Positions 1-15,021 of a stretch of DNA of 64,000 nucleotides are shown in pieces. Source of the stretch: Balanoglossus misakiensis (Eukaryota; Animalia; Hemichordata). The notes under the pieces were generated by a model that was given only the letters and a program-made list of their open reading frames with translations, made no database searches and had not been told where the DNA came from. The stretch is taken from assembly GCA_040954595.2 (NCBI GenBank), contig CM082578.2:13980304-14044303 (forward strand), given 5' to 3'. Position numbers and translations under genes: made by a program. The first letter of the stretch is position 1. The number at the start of each line of letters is the position of its first letter.

Positions 1-480
1 CTCCATGCACATCCATAAAACGTAATTGGTTAGTTCGTGGACCTACATCCCTATATATAAACGTATTTTCTAATTCTCTACCGCTGATTTTCTGTGTCCC
101 TCTAACATGTCTAACCCCTGTCTCTTTAACCCTTCAAAGACTTTCTCATCCACAATGGCTTATCATCAATACTCAGATTACAGAGGAGTCTATTGGTTGC
201 CCGTCAAATGAATTGCATCTTCGCAGCCTGAGCGTTAGAATGTAAGGGCTATTGAAAGACCCTTTCTATTTCGAGCTCCATTTTGGCACCCAGTTTTGTG
301 TGAGGAAAAAAAGGCTAATATTCCCAAATCCTCTATTGCTCTGTCGTTGTCAATCACTGAAATTGCCTTTCGTCTGCCAAAGTTCTCCGTCTTCTAAGAG
401 AATATTGACGACTGTTCAAACGTTTTATCAAGACAAGTAATGCAACCACCTTTCACGGAACCTAAAATACATGCATGGAT

Positions 481-694
481 TTAAACCGTTCAGCATCATA
501 GTCAACTTGTTATCATTTTTCACAATATTAACCTCATAACTTTAACTAGCAATTAAGACATGCAGACAATGGAAACTTATATCCGACTGGTCTAGAACTA
601 TGCGTAAAAAAATAGGGGGAAATGTGTTAAAATGGTGAAAAAAAACTGTTGAACCACTGTTTGACAGCGAAAAATGTGCCGTTCAAAGGGTTAA
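481..694. mobile_element. piggyBac-type MITE (about 210 bp), copy 1
   Basis: Bounded by TTAA at 481-484 and 691-694, with right end ...gttcaaaggg|ttaa. Internal blocks (catagtcaactt, attaagaca, aaaatggtgaaaa) recur in reverse complement in the element at 28330-28537. Confidence 0.6.
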
Positions 695-779
695 TAAAAT
701 CTAATGTGCAACACGACTCTGGGTAGGCATTGACGGAAAGCCATGGAAAGACGAATGTTGCAAATGGCTTAATCACTTA

Positions 780-1700
780 TCGTTGTCTACCTCGCTCTAC
801 CGTCTTTTGTATTTCCCTTAGTAGTAAACCCAAAGATTAATGTCAATATACTGTGACAGTGTGGATTGAATTCTTTCGCATTTAATGAAGACTTATAGTT
901 TACTTTATAAAAATATATTGCATATTTAATTGTGTGCCGTATTTGTGTGCCTTTTCCCACACAGTCCGTGACAGATTTGTATTGTGAAAATAGCAATATG
1001 ACTGGACCAACTGTACAAGGCGTACAATTTCTATGGTTTCCGTGAAATCACGACACATTATTACGCGGAAATTGATTACCAAGCTGCAATATCATTACGG
1101 CGACGTTGTGTATAAATGACCACCAAGAAAACAGCAGATGAGTGAACCACAAATTTCTTTTTTTACTACATGGTGTTTTTTATAACGAGTGTTACTATGA
1201 GATAATCACAAACCAATTATTCTGAAAGTGTAAACAATTTGCAGAAAAATGTCATTCATCAGTGGCTCACCACAAGTAGGTAAACATAGCGTGATTTGTT
1301 AAACGCAGCTGAATCTTCACTAAATAACCTAGGTCCTTCGAACTGCATTATTCGAATACTTAAACACACCGAACATTGATTTAGCATCTATTACACTTGT
1401 ATTTTAAGAGATCAAAACCTTCTACATGCATGTTATACCCACTGACAGAAATATTTACCACACGCAATGCTAACTGAATAACAATGAAAACCTTCTGAGC
1501 ATACGGCGTCTTTCCAGGGATGAAATCGGAATTGCTGTTTTCATATTAGGTGGCATTAACGATAGCATGCGTGGAAAGCTAAATGGACCGATATGACATT
1601 ACAATTTTTCAATCATCCCGTTTTTTTAATGTTGGACAACTCAAAATGCAAATTTAAATCAAATTTGATGAACCGATGTCTTTTTCTGTGATCTCGTTTA
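780..1700 (-). pseudogene. possible decayed TIR-domain remnants
   Basis: Minus-strand fragments resemble the TIR BB-loop: DFIPGK (1527-1510) and FRVIMCRDF (ORF 900..1082). Many stops and frameshifts; boundaries approximate. Confidence 0.25.
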
Positions 1701-2690
1701 AGTTTATGAGATGATATAAATTTATTACATGTTTTTTATTAGACAACAGATTCAGAAATAGTCTGCTCCTATCTCACAAACTCTTTAGATTAATTACACC
1801 CTTTAACATTGATAAATCTGACACGCGTTGGTTTCAGTTTTCATTCTGTAAGTACCGTTACCTAAAAGTTTGCTTTCCCCGGGTTTGTTCTTGTTACTTT
1901 TCAAGCTGTCAACGGCTTGAAAAGATTATCCCTGAGCGGACAACCGATACTTCATTAAACGCGTGTGGAGACTTGGGGCGCGCTATTGTACCTGGTTGGC
2001 AGCTTGTTAGTACACTTGATCCGTTCCCGATAATTTATACCTGCAAATCAAACCGGACGGTCGAATGGCGAGTGATTAACCAGCCCTTTTAGCAACGGAA
2101 TACCGTTCAAATTGTAAAGTATAAAATCGAGAACTGAATATTCAAAGTCAACCAAGACGTGCGGTTTTAACTACATTTAACAATTGCAAATGCAAAAACA
2201 GCGTGCATATGATAGGAACCAATTAACGCCCCTTTTCAGTAATCTATGATTAATTCTACCCCGCACCCACCGTACGAAAAAGATGGTGTGACCTTTGTAA
2301 GTTAAACCCTTCTAAATTAGACGTTCATTAGAGGATATTCTTGCGGCTTAATACTGGGGTCCTTTCATAAGAGTAAGATGTATTTCGAGATGGAGTGAAA
2401 TCATAGCATTTTATAAAGTTCCTGCCCATCCATATCCCCCCTTGACTGATCAGTTTGAATAGCAGAAATAAAAGTACCGGTATACTTGGTATGCAGCCCC
2501 AGGTGAAGCCTCTCTGCGCATGTGCACGCGTTTTAATAACAAGCTACATGTACCAAAAACCCATGTCAATGAACCATTAAAGAACTCGGTTAATAGTGTT
2601 GCGTTTTATCCCATCAATCGACGCACAAGAAACATAAATACTCCTTTCTTCCTCTCTCACTTTTACTGTTTCACCGTCCAGGTCAGATTT

Positions 2691-4400
2691 ATGGCCGTTC
2701 ATTCAGTCTGTTTTGTGAGCACGAGTGGTCCCGCCTATATATACGTGTTGTCCTGCAAACTTTATGTTGCAATATATCAATGTACACCAGCTAAGACTAC
2801 AAACAAGTTCTAGGAACACAACCTTAATGGAATTCCACTGCAAGAGGTGACCCAATGGACCTTTGTAATAAACTGATTAAGGAAGAATCTGAAAATCATG
2901 TTTCAAAGTTAATGAGACTAAGTTCTTATTTTAATTGATGATTTGTCACACAGTTGCCTGTTGAAGAACTGATCCATCAGCAAAATAAGACTGCTCCTTT
3001 CACTCAAAGTCAAAAGGTTCAAAGGACAATTATCCGGATACGTGCCAATGGAAAACTAGATATTATTATTCTTCCGTTATAGGCAATTACTCAGAGCATG
3101 ATCTCTTATAATTCTCTTTAGGTAGGAATGCCTGATGCATTGGCTTCCACAGGGATTCCTTGGCAGTCGTTTCCAAGTCCATGTACATTGCTTTTCGACC
3201 CTGCGGTATAGGGCGATACATCATTCAAATCCGCTAAAGAAGGTCACGTGTCCTTTCCCAAGATGCATCCTGGGAAAAGGCTTTTATATTACTCAGACAT
3301 CGTTCATCACATGTGTTGATTATTTTGAGTTAATACAATAGAGTCTATGGTTAATACAAGAGCGCCTCTTCATATACTACACACAACGTGATATTTTCAA
3401 AGCAGTAAAGTGTTAGGGCAGAATCATAGACACAAGACATTACCGGAGTAACTGTCTTATATGAAACATTCGTCAATTTACCGCGAATACTAATTGAACC
3501 GAAATGTTTCGGGCGGAATTGATCATTTTGCCTCTGGTGAAAAGAGGTATGGCACACATTGAATGTGCTTGGAACATAAATAAAAGCCTTCGTGCTGAAA
3601 TTTCTGATTCACCTAATGCACTGTCATAATACTCATATCGTAAATACAAAATTAATGTATTTCAACTAAACAAATCTTCCAGGCGACATGTCTGCTAGCC
3701 ATGACCCAATTTCAACTTGCACACAGTACTGCAGCCCCCACTCACGCGTAATTGAAAAATTCAGAGCGTACCTTTTTCATTCCCGTAGAGGAGATTTAAT
3801 ACTGATTTGTATTCAAGTATTGTGGCAATTCAATTTTTGCTAATACTTCAATTTGACAGTACAACTTGACCAAAAGCGGGTGCATTAATGTATCAATGGG
3901 CCACCTAGGAATCACACTTGTCGTATTTTCTCTGTGATCTGAACACAGATTATTTCCGATTGGTGTTGACATGTTTAGATTCAGGCCGAGTAACAATGGT
4001 ATTTAGGGTAACGCGAGTATGCAGTGAATTCTTAAAATTAAAAGTCAAAGAGTTTCGTGGGAAGAATCAGAAACACGTGTAGGGAGTTACAAATAGGATC
4101 ATTTCTCACTCTGTTATCGATCTTAGGAGTTCATCAACTCTAAATAGATATGTTAGGCTTGTAGGGGGTATTAAACACCTGTCCGACACTGGGTAAGTTT
4201 CACACTCACTGAACTATAATGTCATGCTGGATATTAGGCCTAGATCACAGGTGTCCTGGCGACGAGGGGCCCAGTACAAATGTTTGCAAAACCATGACAG
4301 AGACAAAGTGAGCAGCAGAATCTGCAAAGCTGTCCATTAAAGGGAATTAGATGTGGAGAACGATTCTTATAAAGAAGGAAGTGTGCAACTCATAAGACGA
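2691..4400 (+). pseudogene. decayed LRR receptor (TLR-like ectodomain) pseudogene
   Basis: ATG at 2691 follows a polypyrimidine tract and CAG. LRR-like fragments across frameshifts: NLNGIP, MDLCNKLIKEESENHVSKLMRL, LLGRNA/LMHWLPQGFL, LRYRAIHHSNPL, RDIFKAV, ETFVNLPRI, HLSDTG*VSHSLNYNVM, RELDVEN. Confidence 0.45.
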
Positions 4401-5569
4401 ACATCCGCTTTTAGGCGCCAAGAATTGTTTTCGCACGACAACCCGTTGTACACGCTGCAATATCATGCCAGACTGATTCAATTTATTTTCTATGGATTTG
4501 CCAACGGGGAAAGAGTTGGTTAACGTAACACGTGTATTTTGTATATTTACGTGGACGCCCGTATTGTTTGAGGTAACATTGCCTTAGGGCATTCTTTTGA
4601 TTACCGTCGTCATAACTTAGGCACTGGGAAAAGGTGTGCATGTAGTTGAATTCAAGGCGCCTACCACGACGCCCCGAGTGCAAAGTATATTCAAACGTAA
4701 AATGGAAACACTAACGAAAGCTGTACTTTTCGGAACATACGGTCTTGGATAATGACAACATACCGGTACATGTATTTGTCTGCACGTTTTTTTAAGGCCA
4801 AAGTTTCAAATGTACACCCCTCAAGTTGCAATAGACGGAAATGATTACAAACAGTCGCATTAACGTCAGTGTACACCGACCCTTAAAAACACACTGAAGG
4901 TTCACTCACGCTCTCCGTACCAACCAAGCAATCGCATGCCTACAACCATGCATGCCTACAACTTAATTGAGAACCTCGGATCAGTGTACACACAAGGAGG
5001 CAGCTAGTGGACTCATTAAATCAATGCAGTGCGCATGCACGAAAATCACGATTGTTTACAGGAAATATAAAAAAATGTCCACACATGCAAGAACCGTGAA
5101 ACTGAGTGAGCACAAAAGAAAGGGCATTGGCTTGAAGCAATTTATTATATATTTAGTTATTATGACCGGTGTGTTCCACATACAATGGAAGATGATGTTC
5201 ATCATTGTCGTCTCCGCATTGATCCGGGTTTCGATTATCTTCTCTCAATAATTCGTTCCGAAAAGCAAGACCAGGGGTGGCCAGGCGGTTCGTCTGACGA
5301 AAAGTTTTATTAATACAAAGGTGCAGGTTTTCTGTCTGGGCTGATAAACTTGGCCGGCGGCATCTCAAACGTTGCTACCATCAACTTAATCAGATATAAG
5401 CGTCAGTAGAGGAGAAACTCGGGGAAATTGAAATGTTTGTCTGATTTGTTAGGGTACAATGCCACCCAGCATTTCATCTGCCCTGCTATGGATTCAGTCA
5501 GGCCGAACGACGGCTTTCCAGGTGGTGATGGCGGAGGGCGCCTGAAATGTATGACACTGCTGCGCATGC

Positions 5570-8500
5570 CCCGTGCTGTCATCAAACTTGGGGCGCGATT
5601 AAAAGTTCGCCCTTCATGTCTACAGGGAAATCATCAAGTACAATTCGATCATCCAATCAGCAGTGAGTTGATATCACAGGGGATATCTTGTAAGGCAAAG
5701 TGAAATTCTTTAATGAGACTGAAGTGGTGGGAAATAATCATGAAAATCGATATCAGTTATCTTCAATATTATTCGTAGGCAACATAAAAGCAGGCCATTA
5801 GCCCACGGTTGTCTCTGCTTGAAATTCAAGTTGAGAGATAACGTGAAATTTGCCTATGCATACCTCACCTGGCATCAAATGCACACACTGAAAGGCATAA
5901 TTCAATCCTACAGTTGTCTACTGTAATGCGTTGTTGAAGGCGTCAGACTACACTAGAGTCTAATTTCGGTTCAAAATAACAACCAGAAGTTAACGTCATA
6001 AAGGCCAGAGGAAACATCGCAGAGACGGTTTATGAAAGAAAATATCGATAATTGACAAGGATGTGCTTTACACTGGATCTTCAGAATCTCATCAACTGAT
6101 AGTGAACCTTCTTTGCTATAACTAGTTATATCGCGATCAATACATGAAAACATAACTATGTCAGGTCAGTTCAAGAGTCACGTGGTCCTCTGTTCTAGAT
6201 CAAGTCAGCGGTGATGAGTTAATTGCTTCTAGTTTTTAATGAGAGAGAGTAGGCAAGAGGCAAGCATAGCTCATGATCCTTTCCACAAATTGGGAATTTT
6301 AATCAGTGAGTTTACGGAAGATGTGATTGTACAGAAGCAGATTTTATGACGTAAAATACGGTGAAATTGAAGAAAGCAGCAGCAATTTATTGGGAGAGGA
6401 ACCAATAGCAAAGATTTGTTGTACTCTGCATACATGATGAGCATTGCTTGTTACAAAACATGTTTGCATGGGGATGTTTCTGCAAGATTAACTTGAGGTT
6501 GCAGTGGTTCGAACAATTTCTATCATAACTGATGATCGTGATATCAATGTGTTATGTGCTTGTCGTTAAAGCTCTTTCCTTTTTACCATTTTCTACTAGC
6601 AAATGTGCAATCATGCCTACAGCGGCCAAAGTGGTCCACATATCATCTGAAAATCAATTATTTTTTCATCGTACAAGGACTAGATTCTTTTTTATCTGCT
6701 GCTACTAAGAAGGCATAACACGTCGTAGCTGTCTTCGACAAATTTGAGGGGGCCGGTGTAGTTAAAATGGAAAGTCCTCGAAGGGGAATAGACCTACGAA
6801 TCACCAGCACATAAAGAAACACAGTGTCCGCAGTGTATATAACTTCGTTATGTGCCAATGGTCGGGTATTAAATCGCTATCCTGCTAAAATGTTTACATG
6901 CCGTAGGGTGCAAGGAAACGCAGAGAATTATATTAAACAGTCTTTATAACAAGTTTGCAATCAGCTTTAGCCACTATCGTCAATCCTTGAAAGGTGTGTT
7001 GTAAAATAGGTGTCTGAATGTCATACTGACTAGACACAGAAGCATATAATCCTACTGAACAAAGATAACTGCTCAAACTTCAAAGTTTTCCATGTGCAAG
7101 ATGTTGTTAACCAATCTAGCAAACGGGCAGAATGCTCTGAAGTACAGACTGTTAACGGCAATAGACATGTAAATTATGCATGCAAATCGTGTTTTCGAAA
7201 ATTGAAGTTGACAGGTCCTGGAATTTAACGGAGAAATTCACATTTGGGAACAATTTGTCCATTCTTAATTTACAGCTTGTTCTCTGAATTGATACAAACC
7301 ATCGTTACTAGTCTTAGTTATATCCTAGAACGCATAATGCAGTGATAAAACTGCTCTTGACAGACTGCCTATCACACACTTTACTGTAAGTTTCTTTAGC
7401 ATAGGAGACGCCTGTATGTCTTGGCGAGAACAAATTGAATAATAATGCTGTTCATGTATCTTGTATGTACACTGTGTTTGCTTGTTTCATCGGTATCAGA
7501 AAGGAGGCCTTCTCACTATTTGCGGAGCATGTTCATATTTTTTTCTATTAGTCCTTTGAACACTCTGTTCGGGTTTAGATGACTGAGAGAGACAGAGAGA
7601 GAAAAGCAGCCCTGGAGTACCCTTTGAGCAAATCTCAGAATATCAGATATGGGATCAGTCTGAGTGTTGCAATTATATTTCAGTTTCATATTTCTTGAAG
7701 GGGCCCGAGGATCACAAACCGGCACGAATTCAACCGTTCTTACACCAGTAACTTCAGCATTCTACCGTACATTGTTCAAAGTGGTATGGTAATTAACCAT
7801 TATATGAACTGAATCTGCCCATCTGCAGTTAAGGAGGAGAACACTTTCTATTATTAAAGTTTGATAAATTTTAGATCTGCAGTGATAATTGCACAAATTT
7901 TAAATATGCGAAATTCATGGGCAGACCTTCTTGAGACATTATGTTAATATACCGGTACAGACAAACAGACATCGGTACAGCACTGGTTCATGTGTTCACA
8001 CACGGCATATGAGCTGACAATAAAATCGTCTGCAACAGCGTATATCACATCTCTCTCTTTTGTTTGACGCAAAACTGGTCGGCTTTGGTGAATAAAACGA
8101 AGTAAACGTGATCCAGCTATAGTTTTCCCCCCAAGCTCTTATTTAACTTGCCGGATGATACAGTCGTTCACAACAGGCGGGGAGCATTAGTAGTGGTGTG
8201 GTCATTGCTAATAGGTATGCGGTTTTGCTGCGTGAGAAAAGATGAGCCTTAAGTAGACATGGGCGTCTCAGCTTGACTGGAATGCGAATTTCTTTCATCA
8301 CTGACAGGTCTGATCATTAGAACTGAAACTTGGGCTAAGCCAACGGGTGAGTATAATACGGTCAGGAATGATTGTGTTCGTGCAATGCCTTGATTGCGGT
8401 AAGCCTGTATTACAGCAAAAAGCCTGGGCCACGGAGCGTCTCAGGTGTGTTGGGCAACATAGTGGCGGTGCAAAGGGACTCTAACAAGGATGCAAACTAA

Positions 8501-9260
8501 TCGGTTCCTAAGTTGTGGCTGACAGTCTTTGCATACAAAATACTGTTTGGGGATTTCGCCGCCGCAAACCCCGCAGCACGGTCATCAGAATGAATGTCGC
8601 GTGAAACCCTGATTTTCAGCTCTCTCGCCAGTAAAGCGAGTCAAATAGCTCTCCGAGGCTTAAATGTAAACATTAACATATGGTCGAAATATATATCAAT
8701 TCTGTGAATGATCGGATTAAATTAAGCACACTTCATCAAGCCAAACATCGTCATGTACCAGGCTCATTAATAATGCTCAACCTCACTTGTCCAAACATAA
8801 CAAATTTATACACGAATGATGTGGCAAACTATTTTAGTTGATCTGATAATTGATGGTGGTTTAAATGTTGGAATCTGAATGCCAGGCAGCATGTCACCTT
8901 TTATTGACTCGATTGGATAGAAAATATTTTAATATCTTTATAATTGGTTGATTATTGTATTAAATGAAGCGTGACCCATTCGTTCAAATATACAAGCAGA
9001 TTAGCAAGGAAAGATAGTAACAGGTATAGAGTTGTAAAATAATTTAACATCTGCCATGTCAGCACACACTGTCTATCAGCCCTATATAAAGCTTACACCC
9101 AGCTGACATGTATAATGTTTCACCGCAAACTTAGAAAAAATACGACACTGCTTTATCTGTGAATAGCAAGTTTTAAACTAATACTGGCATTTTGAATTCA
9201 TTACCAAGAAGAGAGGCAGTTTTTTCAAAGATACAGAAGATATTTTTGTACTCATGATGG
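5570..9260 (-). pseudogene. decayed Toll-like receptor pseudogene (LRR-LRRCT-TM-TIR)
   Basis: LRR fragments in order: SLKKL/SLLGNEF (~9230), PIESIKGDML (~8910), HLNPNRVFKGL (~7570), QHTFQGL (~7000), LAHNEVI (~6855). LRRCT-like CRHDCTFASRKW (~6620), hydrophobic stretch ~6430-6350, then TIR-like Y/DIF/LS, EPKLD, ELCL..F/MPGE, IFMIISHHF..KEFHFALQ, IVLDDFP (6060-5600). Multiple stops and frameshifts. Confidence 0.5.
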
Positions 9261-9419
9261 GGAAAAAACGGTGCCTGTTTTTCCACTTTGGCACTTCGAC
9301 ACGTTTGGTAAATTTAAAAGAAAAAAAAGCCGGGTAGACCGATGCTCGAAAACTACCATTTAACTATTCTTATTAGCAATACATTTATGACGGTTGCCCG
9401 TGGGCAGATCGTGTCCAAT

Positions 9420-12250
9420 GCTGCGTTTCATTTTCAGCGCAGAGCTGAGGAGCATACAATGACAGTTTCCGTGTCAAAACAGCAAAAAAACTGATTTGCT
9501 GATAGAATTGTGGTGAGTGTGATTTTCCTTCCCGCTGAGAAGCCTTGAAGGCACAGTGGCATACACTTGCCTTGAAACCATCTGGAACACAGTCTCCATA
9601 ATGAGCTTCTCTTGCTATAATTTAAAAGTGTTTCCTTTACCATTCCTAATCGGCAACAAAATACTGGTATGATAATTTTTGCGTGTCAATACATTCCGTC
9701 TCTTTGAATTCGCATGCTCATGGATGGAAAGGGCCACGAGATGTTCACATGCTTTCATCGCTCGTGTGCCAAATATGATAATCCCCAATGATAGCTGTCA
9801 GGGATGAACGGTATCTTTTCTTCTGAAGTCAAAGATTTACACGAACAAATAGCAAACAGAGTCTCAGGGACACTTGATAGGCCAAGTATAAGACTGCATA
9901 CGATGTGAATGTCTGCAGTGACGGCCATATGGAATCTGAAGGTTATCAGCACTGCCCTCTTCATTTCTACATCCAGTCACGAACAACCAGATGGGTGTCA
10001 GGAGAAATGGCACCATCATTCTTACACAGTACTGTATGTTACAACTCAACTAGTGTAATCGGTTTCTTTTGACTAGTTCATCGACAAATTATCTTTATTC
10101 CAGGTCAACCGCTCGCGTGACAGACCATCAATATGTATGAATGCTGGGAACATCATTTCAAAGTGAGCTTACACATGGCAGCATCATACAAGGAGAAAGT
10201 ATTACGTCCTTTCAGTAGTGAAGACCGTAATGCGCTCACAACCATTTGGCTATGCGAATTCTTTCGTTCTTTCATTCATTCATTCATTCAGGTTTTCGTT
10301 CGAAGCAAAAAATGCAAGATGATTAACAATTCAATGTTGCGAGGGTTTGACACAAAATGGACGAGTACATAGAAAAAACGTTTCCGTTTGACCTATTACA
10401 ATTGTGTGTTTAACATCAATAATAACTGCACGTATAAATTACCTCTTGGAAATCTGTTATTAAACATCATCAGAGACACTAACCCTTACTTTAAATATAC
10501 ATTTTTTATCTAGTTTAGGTACTCTATCAATAATCTATCAAATCAATACACCGAGTGAATTTTGAATTTTTGTTTTTGTACTTAGAGGGCTTTGAGCTGC
10601 ATCCAAACAATTTGGTTACAAGGCCCTATTTTTGATTGCCGCTACAGCAAATTTTCTTTAGTCGGATTGAAAGATTAGGTCAGCAAGATTTTTATAAGCA
10701 ACAGCTAAATTTGGCAGGTGGCGCCGATCTGTCTACGCACAGCGGCCCCTTGTTGATCAGCTGCTGCAGCTAGTCTCTTATTTTGAACTATGTGAAGTAC
10801 GAACAAAACAATCATATTATCACGTACGTAAGACAGCCCAAGCCAACAGAAAATTACGAAATCGTATTTCTTAGGCACTGCAGCCGCCGCATTCTCTCTG
10901 AGCGGTCAAAGGTGTTACATGTGGTTGATTGATACGTTACAATGGATTGGGTATGGAGATGTCCGATCTATGGAGCGTGTCTGTGCATCTCTGGGGGTGA
11001 GATGCCCTTTCCCTGGTGAGTAATTGTTGCCTGTCAGAAAGGGTTGCCTTATCACCAACAACACGTAGTCGGAAACAGGACAAATCTAAATCTCCACTTT
11101 CAAAGACTTCGCAACTTGTTACAGAACGCATCATTCTCTCGAGACATGTAGAATGCGAATGACGGTTCCTCGTTTTCAGCCAGGAGAATTTTCATTCATC
11201 CGTCAGAGTGATAAGTTTGAAATAGAATCAACATTAATTGCAGGTCTACCTCAATTCGTGGCAAACATTGCAAAATGTTATTGCAGTGAAGCTCTGTTCC
11301 ATCACATCCCTAGACCAACTTATCGGACAAGTATTAAGTCGTACAGTAAGGATAGAGATATGCACACTTCAAGTGCACCTCTATGAATGGGTAAATTAAA
11401 TAAGAGATGTAAACATTTCTCCTTGAAGCCAAAACGGGTACCAGTGAGTAGGCGAAAAGAGATTGCCAGCACTGGCATAGAATAGCAACGTTCAAATAAT
11501 TCCCATGGTTTCAGAATTCTACCCACGCCTTGACGGCGATTTCCACACTGGATAACTCACACATGCCTGAAATTTCAAACCAGTTTTACTCATCTACAGT
11601 TTAATGGTGAACGGAGCAACAATTATCGTGCATGTGCAGATTTTCGTCTACTAAAAGTAAACCTGCACTGAGATGTTATTCTAAGCAGCCTATGCGCTGC
11701 TAAAACTTTCAAATGTCATATTGGAATGCGGTGGACGGGACTGGCTTGTTTATCAGCGAGCACTAAGTTTAATGTTTGCGACAAGTTCTGGCAATTACGT
11801 ATGAAAATGTCCTGGAAGGGGGAATGTACTGGAAAAGTGCATACCATCACAAGTAATCTCAGAAAGGCCTACCATTGGTCGGGTAGAGTCGAAGTAAATT
11901 GGCATTTTGATGCACGTCCGGCGTAATTTCATCCTTCACGGCACAGAATAACAAGTCTCAAGCAATCAATGATCGGAGTGTACTTGATTGATCCGAGGAG
12001 CGCAGCAAGATGGGAATTTCCCAGGATGCAATTCACCTACCTGTGGCACGTGATCCAAACACGTAATTGTGATTTGCGAAGTTCACGTCCCCCCCAGATG
12101 TCCCCAATAAGCTGAGTATCGCTTTGGGTGACGTCACACTACTGTCAACACCCGCTTTGTTGGGACTGTTTCAATTTGAAGCAGGTTTGTCAGTAACAAG
12201 TTGAAAGCTTTATCGGTTAATTGCAAATCATCGCCAGCGCGCTGAACGAG
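9420..12250 (-). pseudogene. decayed LRR array (N-terminal part of the TLR above, or a separate paralogue)
   Basis: Fragments: FQYIPPSRTFSY, VPSTAFQY, ENLHMHDN, ELFERCYSMPVLAISF, GALEVCISLSLLYDLIL, DLDLSCFRLRVVGDKATLS, SIPNPL (~10945), then KCP*DSVC/ICSCKSLTS..IP, VPSRLLSGKEN/ILSANQF, GNCHCML (~9465). Confidence 0.45.
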
Positions 12251-14299
12251 ACACTTTAAGGACTAACTCCCAACTCGCAATGTAGTAATGATAGATTACA
12301 GAATTTCTAAAAGCTACGACAGAAGGGATATTTTAAAATATATCAAAGGATACCCATTCCGGAAATGAGCACACTTTGATTTATGCAAGAAGAGTATTTT
12401 GTACGATTCTGTGGAGAACCATTAATATTTTTTCGTCTTGGATCAATTCTAGGGTAGCAACATTGATCTGATGACAGGATTAATTTCTGGATGTGCTATA
12501 AAGAAATGGCTTACCTCCAGGCTTGTTAAGTCACGCGTACACGTATATAAGTTATGCCACGTACCTGAAATCAGAATAATATATAACTCGTTTACACATT
12601 GTTATATGAATTATACCTGGTATTTAGCTACCATAAATAGAAAGCTAGTGATTGCACTCTGACACCCATACTTAGCACAGTTTGCAACAGCAGTAATTCT
12701 GAGTAGTGCCAGGGGGACAAAAATATTGATACTTGGGTTTTATTGCAAAGCAAGAGGGGTGGGCGAATTGTTTCACAAAGTAGTGAAATTTAACAATAAT
12801 TCTACCTCATTAAATACCTTTTACAAGACTCAAGGGGATAAAGCAAATACAAAGTACCATTTTTCTACAAATTCAGTCACTTATAACGAAACAGGAAGGC
12901 AGCTAAAAGCAACCTTGCCGTTACTACGTTTAAACTAAAAAAATTGCCATTTTTCCATTTTAAATAAAAACAACTGTGAGTTGGTAACAACGGATGTCTA
13001 CAATGACATTGAAATAACGTCTGAGACGTGGTTTAGGTGTCTATTTTTAAACAATGTGCTGTGATTTAACGTGATCCCATCATACGTGTCTGTTATCACT
13101 TTATGAAGAGTATCAATCACATCAAAGTCTGTGGCATTGACTCACGCAGTGACAATAGCGATGTTAATGATGCCAATACAACAGTCATCTTTGGTGTGAT
13201 GTTGTTTGGTGAACTACCACCAGAAGAGAAGGCTGATGACGGAAACGACACCAACTGGTTTCGGTGAAATTAAGAGTGATTTGGGCAAATCCAACATAAA
13301 GGCCGGCACTGATCAAACATCTAATTTCTACACTGGAGCACAATAGTTCTGGTTCAAATACTTCAAATGCGGAAAAAAAAACAAAGCGTACTGCCACGGG
13401 TGAGCATGACATGGCAGATTCCATGTTTTCAATTTACATTCCGAGGAATGTTTGACCGTCACGTCATTTCAATCCAGCCCTGAGTGTCTCTTGAAACAAA
13501 CGGTTCAAAAGACGGTTCGTTAGTTCCAGCCTAAACTGAAGGCGACGTGGCTAGTCTATTGCTCGAAAAAGACTATGCATGCAATCTATTGACTATATAT
13601 TTGGCGCCTTTGGGTACTCAGGGTGTTAACTGCGGTTCGGTTACCCTGACAACTGCAGTGAGTTAGACGCAATATGACACATCATCATCTAGGGTAAAAG
13701 TGAGCTATGGCTTAACGGAACACTGCACAGAACCGACTTTGCAGCCAGACTCACACAGCCTAATGATGATTATATAGATTACACAGAGATAACTTTCTAT
13801 TTTCAGTAAGCTATAACTTACTCTGTCTCAATTTGGTTCATGATTAAAGATGGCACGAAATCTCGCACTTATAAATCACGTGATTGTAAATAGAGAACAG
13901 ACTTTTGTATTTTACGAGATGGGAAATCGGAACTCACACTGCGTCAATGCAACATATAGAATCACAGCCATATACCAACCAATGTCTATATCTACTGACA
14001 TTTTACAGCAGACACAAACAGTGTAATTGTATTGGCAGTATCGTTTTTTGTACATACGCAAGTTCGAGACGTTTTGAAATACATATCAATATCATTATAC
14101 CGGCAAGAGCTAAATATAAATACAGATCCCGGAATGGGTTTCTTATTCTAAATCTACTGTCGTAATTAGTCTATTCAGTTTCATGATACATAGAACGATT
14201 CCCAATACATATCAGCCGAAATATGCCACGCAGTGCAATGACACGCGGTCATGGACTTTTGTTGACATTTGACCCCACGAGGCGATCAGATGTAAACTC

Positions 14300-15021
14300 T
14301 CAACACACTTATCCGCGCATTAGACTGCAGCTGATTAAAACGAATATCTGAATGTCATTTTACCATTTATTACCGTAAACATGTAATGTAGTGCTTGGAT
14401 ACAATAAAACAGTCATAAAATGATGGACCGTCTTGTACACACGACAAATAGCGATCCTTCATTTTCGTAGAATGCGTCTAGACTAATTTAATTAATTTTA
14501 TCACTGTTATTACAATCCGTGATAAATATGTATCCTTCTCAGATGCTGTCAAATCGATATTAAAACGTACTGAAATATCAACCCAGTGAATTGAATCGAG
14601 TGAGAACTCTGCAACTGTTCCATTGCCACCGATGGTTTCATATTCTTTGACAAACGTAATAACGACGGACACAATCATTATTACGGGTTCGTACAACTTT
14701 TCTCTATTCGGCTCACATAACAACTCAAATCTAACATATTTACTTCCAATGTTGTCCTTTGGGGAACCAAGTCGGATAACGAAGGTTCGTGTATCCATAG
14801 CTAAACTTCGCTTTTTCAGTATTAGTGCCTATAGAGTATACGTGATAATTCCAGGAGGGAAATACTCTTTACTCGATTGAAATTTCAAACTACTGCCATG
14901 TAAATTACTACAGGGATATCTAAAAGGCCGGGTATTTTATGGTCTAGAGATTTGTTTCAGCTTTTTAGACAGCGATGGAAAACAAGTCCATGCAAAAGTG
15001 GACAGGCAGCATCGTTGCCAT
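14300..15021 (-). pseudogene. decayed LRR gene 5' fragment
   Basis: Acceptor-like ctttcag, then ATG at 15021 with signal-peptide-like MATMLPVHFCMDLFSIAV*. Followed by FPPGIITYTL*ALILK, MDTRTFV, FSLDSIHWVDIS (ORF 14478..14798). Confidence 0.3.
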
